DNA of 63,990 bases, counting the filler, from Lenisia limosa (Eukaryota > Protista > Breviatea), in the NCBI GenBank assembly GCA_001655205.1. It is 17 parts of 17 records of this genome, joined end to end, with 100 filler letters (N's around TTAATTAATTAA, not from the genome) between each part and the next. Parts side by side here need not be neighbours in the genome. Positions count along the whole stretch, not along the records: positions 60,924 to 62,437 come from LPNZ01005113.1; positions 62,538 to 63,990 come from LPNZ01004486.1; 15 more parts are not named here. One strand, 5' to 3'. Made by a program: the position numbers and the translations under genes. The notes under the pieces were generated by a model that saw nothing but the letters and a program-made list of their open reading frames with translations, made no database searches and was not told where the DNA came from. Positions 62,002 through 63,990 of the stretch are shown in pieces (positions within the stretch are counted from its first letter, which is position 1; each line of letters opens with the position of its first letter).

Positions 62002-62609
62002 GTACACACAGAGATTGATGATTTTTTTTTTTTTGTTGTTGTTGTTTTTGGGAATTATTTCAAAAAGATGGGTTTTTTTTTTGTTTTTTTGGTGTGTGTT
62101 TCTTTTTTGAAAGAAAAGAATGTTTTCCCTAGACCAACTGCTTTGGCAAATTTGATTTAAAGTGGCTGCAACGGAGTTCTTGTCCCACTCCCAATTTTGT
62201 TTTAATTTCTCAATAAATATTGCGGCTTATTTCTTGGTTCTAAAAAACCTCGTTTTCTTGTTTTTTCTTGTTGTCGTTTTTTTGGTTTGCCTTTTTGGAA
62301 AGCTTCACTTTTAGCTCCAAAGTGTCGAGGACTAATCAAGAAACCTGTCTTAGAAGTTTAGTGTTCAATTATTTTTTGTTTTCTTTTTTCTTTGTTTTTA
62401 ACCACTTTAGCCCGGCACTCCGAATGATGCTATTGACNNNNNNNNNNNNNNNNNNNNNNNNNNNNNNNNNNNNNNNNNNNNTTAATTAATTAANNNNNNN
62501 NNNNNNNNNNNNNNNNNNNNNNNNNNNNNNNNNNNNNAAAAAAGCTTGATCCTCTATATTCTTATAATTGAACTTAATTTCCAATAATCTCTGTTGACAA
62601 ACCTCTTCG

Positions 62610-63990
62610 TAAAGAATAGCTCGAGGAATTTCGGGTTTGGACAGCTTCGGCCGGAGGTGGATCAGCGCATCCCTAGATAGTCAAAGAAATAATAATAATA
62701 TTACCAAAATCTCATAACTTAACCCATCATCACCCTAACTCCCTAACTCCCTAACTCCCCCCCCAAACCATCCCATCATCATATCATAGTCATCATTATC
62801 ACCATCACACACCTGAAAGCAACCGCATCAATTAGGCCGAGGTTTTCAGTCGTCCAGCCGCTTCGAGCGATCATTTGGGCCTAATTAGGTAAGATGGGGG
62901 GGGGGGNNNNNNNNNNNNNNNNNNNNNNNNNNNNNNNNNNNNNNNNNNNNNNNNNNNNNNNNNNNNNNNNNNNNNNNNNNNNNNNNNNNNNNNNNNNNNN
63001 NNNNNNNNNNNNNNNNNNNNNNNNNNNNNNNNNNNNNNNNNNNNNNNNNNNNNNNNNNNNNNNNNNNNNNNNNNNNNNNNNNNAGAGGGGGTTCCCAAAA
63101 TATGAGTCAAAGCATGCATATAAACCCCCCACCTCGGGCGACAGTTGTCGGACGGCAGCTTCCATGCGAAGACTAAACTCAACCGGTGCGGGTGGAGACG
63201 CCGCGCCAAGCCGGGCTGAAGACCTCCGGCGTAACCCGGGGCTGTCCGGGGTACCCTCGTCACGGATTTGGATTGGCTCTTCAATTTCAATGTGCCGGCG
63301 GCCTGTTAAGGTTCGGAGTTGCTGGTCTTGGCGTTCGTCATCGATGACAGCTTTGACAGCATTATTTGACCACCACGCATTATACAGTTCGGGGAGGCAA
63401 GGATTGGTCAGGGGTCCCGGCATAGGAATGAGAGTTTCTAAAGACGATCTTGATCTAATCCGAGCCTGTTGCATTTTGCGGCTATTTGTCGGGCCAAGAG
63501 ACGAAAGGAACACGTCACGCTCATGGCATTCCGATGAAAAATGCCGACGGCTGAAAGCCTCTTCCGACATGTCTTCCTCATCTTCCGAATCCTCATCACC
63601 TTCGGCTCTTTTCCGAGCCTTTATCTCCTGGCGGTTCTCGTTGAACCGCTTCATTGACCGTCGGGTACGTCGGATCGGCTCATCCACTTCCGACCCGCTT
63701 TGCACTTCCGACAATGACGGCGTTAAAGGTTCCGATGACCGGACGGGTTTGTCCGATACGCCGGCGGCGATGTTTGCGGTGGAGGAGATGGATGGCGTGG
63801 GCGTAGTGCACGTGTCAACTGGCGTTGTGAGTGTCGGTGTGGGGGACTGGGGCGGCGGGATAGCGGCAAGTTTCTTTCCGGGGAACACGGGGACATGTGA
63901 CTTTTCCAAACTCTGCTCGGAGGGTCGTGATGGCGGTGGCGATGAGATGGACGGAAGAGATGCAGCTCGGAGGGAGAGAGAAAGGGCGGG
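62610..63990 (-). CDS. Protein fragment with long low-complexity Ser/Pro/Thr and acidic region, unknown
   Basis: Frame open from the window end through ORF 62881-63909 to a GTGGGGGG donor near 63130. Later exons encode AQMIARSGWTTENLGLIDAVAF and RDALIHLRPKLSKPEIPRAILYEE. Confidence 0.55.

Noticed and set aside
12369-62493. Recurrent palindromic TTAATTAATTAA as a biological motif, and gene neighbourhoods across it
   Set aside because: It is always centred in N padding and encodes stops in all frames: an assembly concatenation linker.
12912-63290. ORF-track entries containing X runs
   Set aside because: They stay open only because N gaps contain no stop codons.

Overview
This window is eukaryotic (probably protist) DNA, not prokaryotic. 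It is 17 unlinked scaffolds joined by 16 artificial 100-bp linkers (44 N + TTAATTAATTAA + 44 N), so adjacency across linkers means nothing. Genes are split by spliceosomal introns, so the ORF track captures almost none of them whole. Hand-spliced exons identify divergently paired RPS6 and RPL22, part of the IFT dynein-2 heavy chain, a TBL2-like WD40 protein, a PCID2/CSN12-like N-terminus, a DHX37/Dhr1-like helicase, a two-domain class III cyclase with the swapped catalytic layout of alveolate guanylyl cyclases, a Cys-rich plus RCC1-like repeat protein, and a decayed intron-split tyrosine recombinase (Crypton-like). The most striking signal is in the introns. Tiny 22-41 nt introns coexist with a longer class that starts GT-G-run and ends TTTTAC-C-run-AG, giving complementary ends, and these longer introns share internal sequence blocks across unrelated genes (introner-like, or structure-bridged splicing). 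An RPS6 intron appears to end in TG. Several MITE/TIR families and a dispersed hairpin repeat are also present. All protein identifications come from motif recognition by eye, with no database searches; exon boundaries of unnamed genes are approximate.
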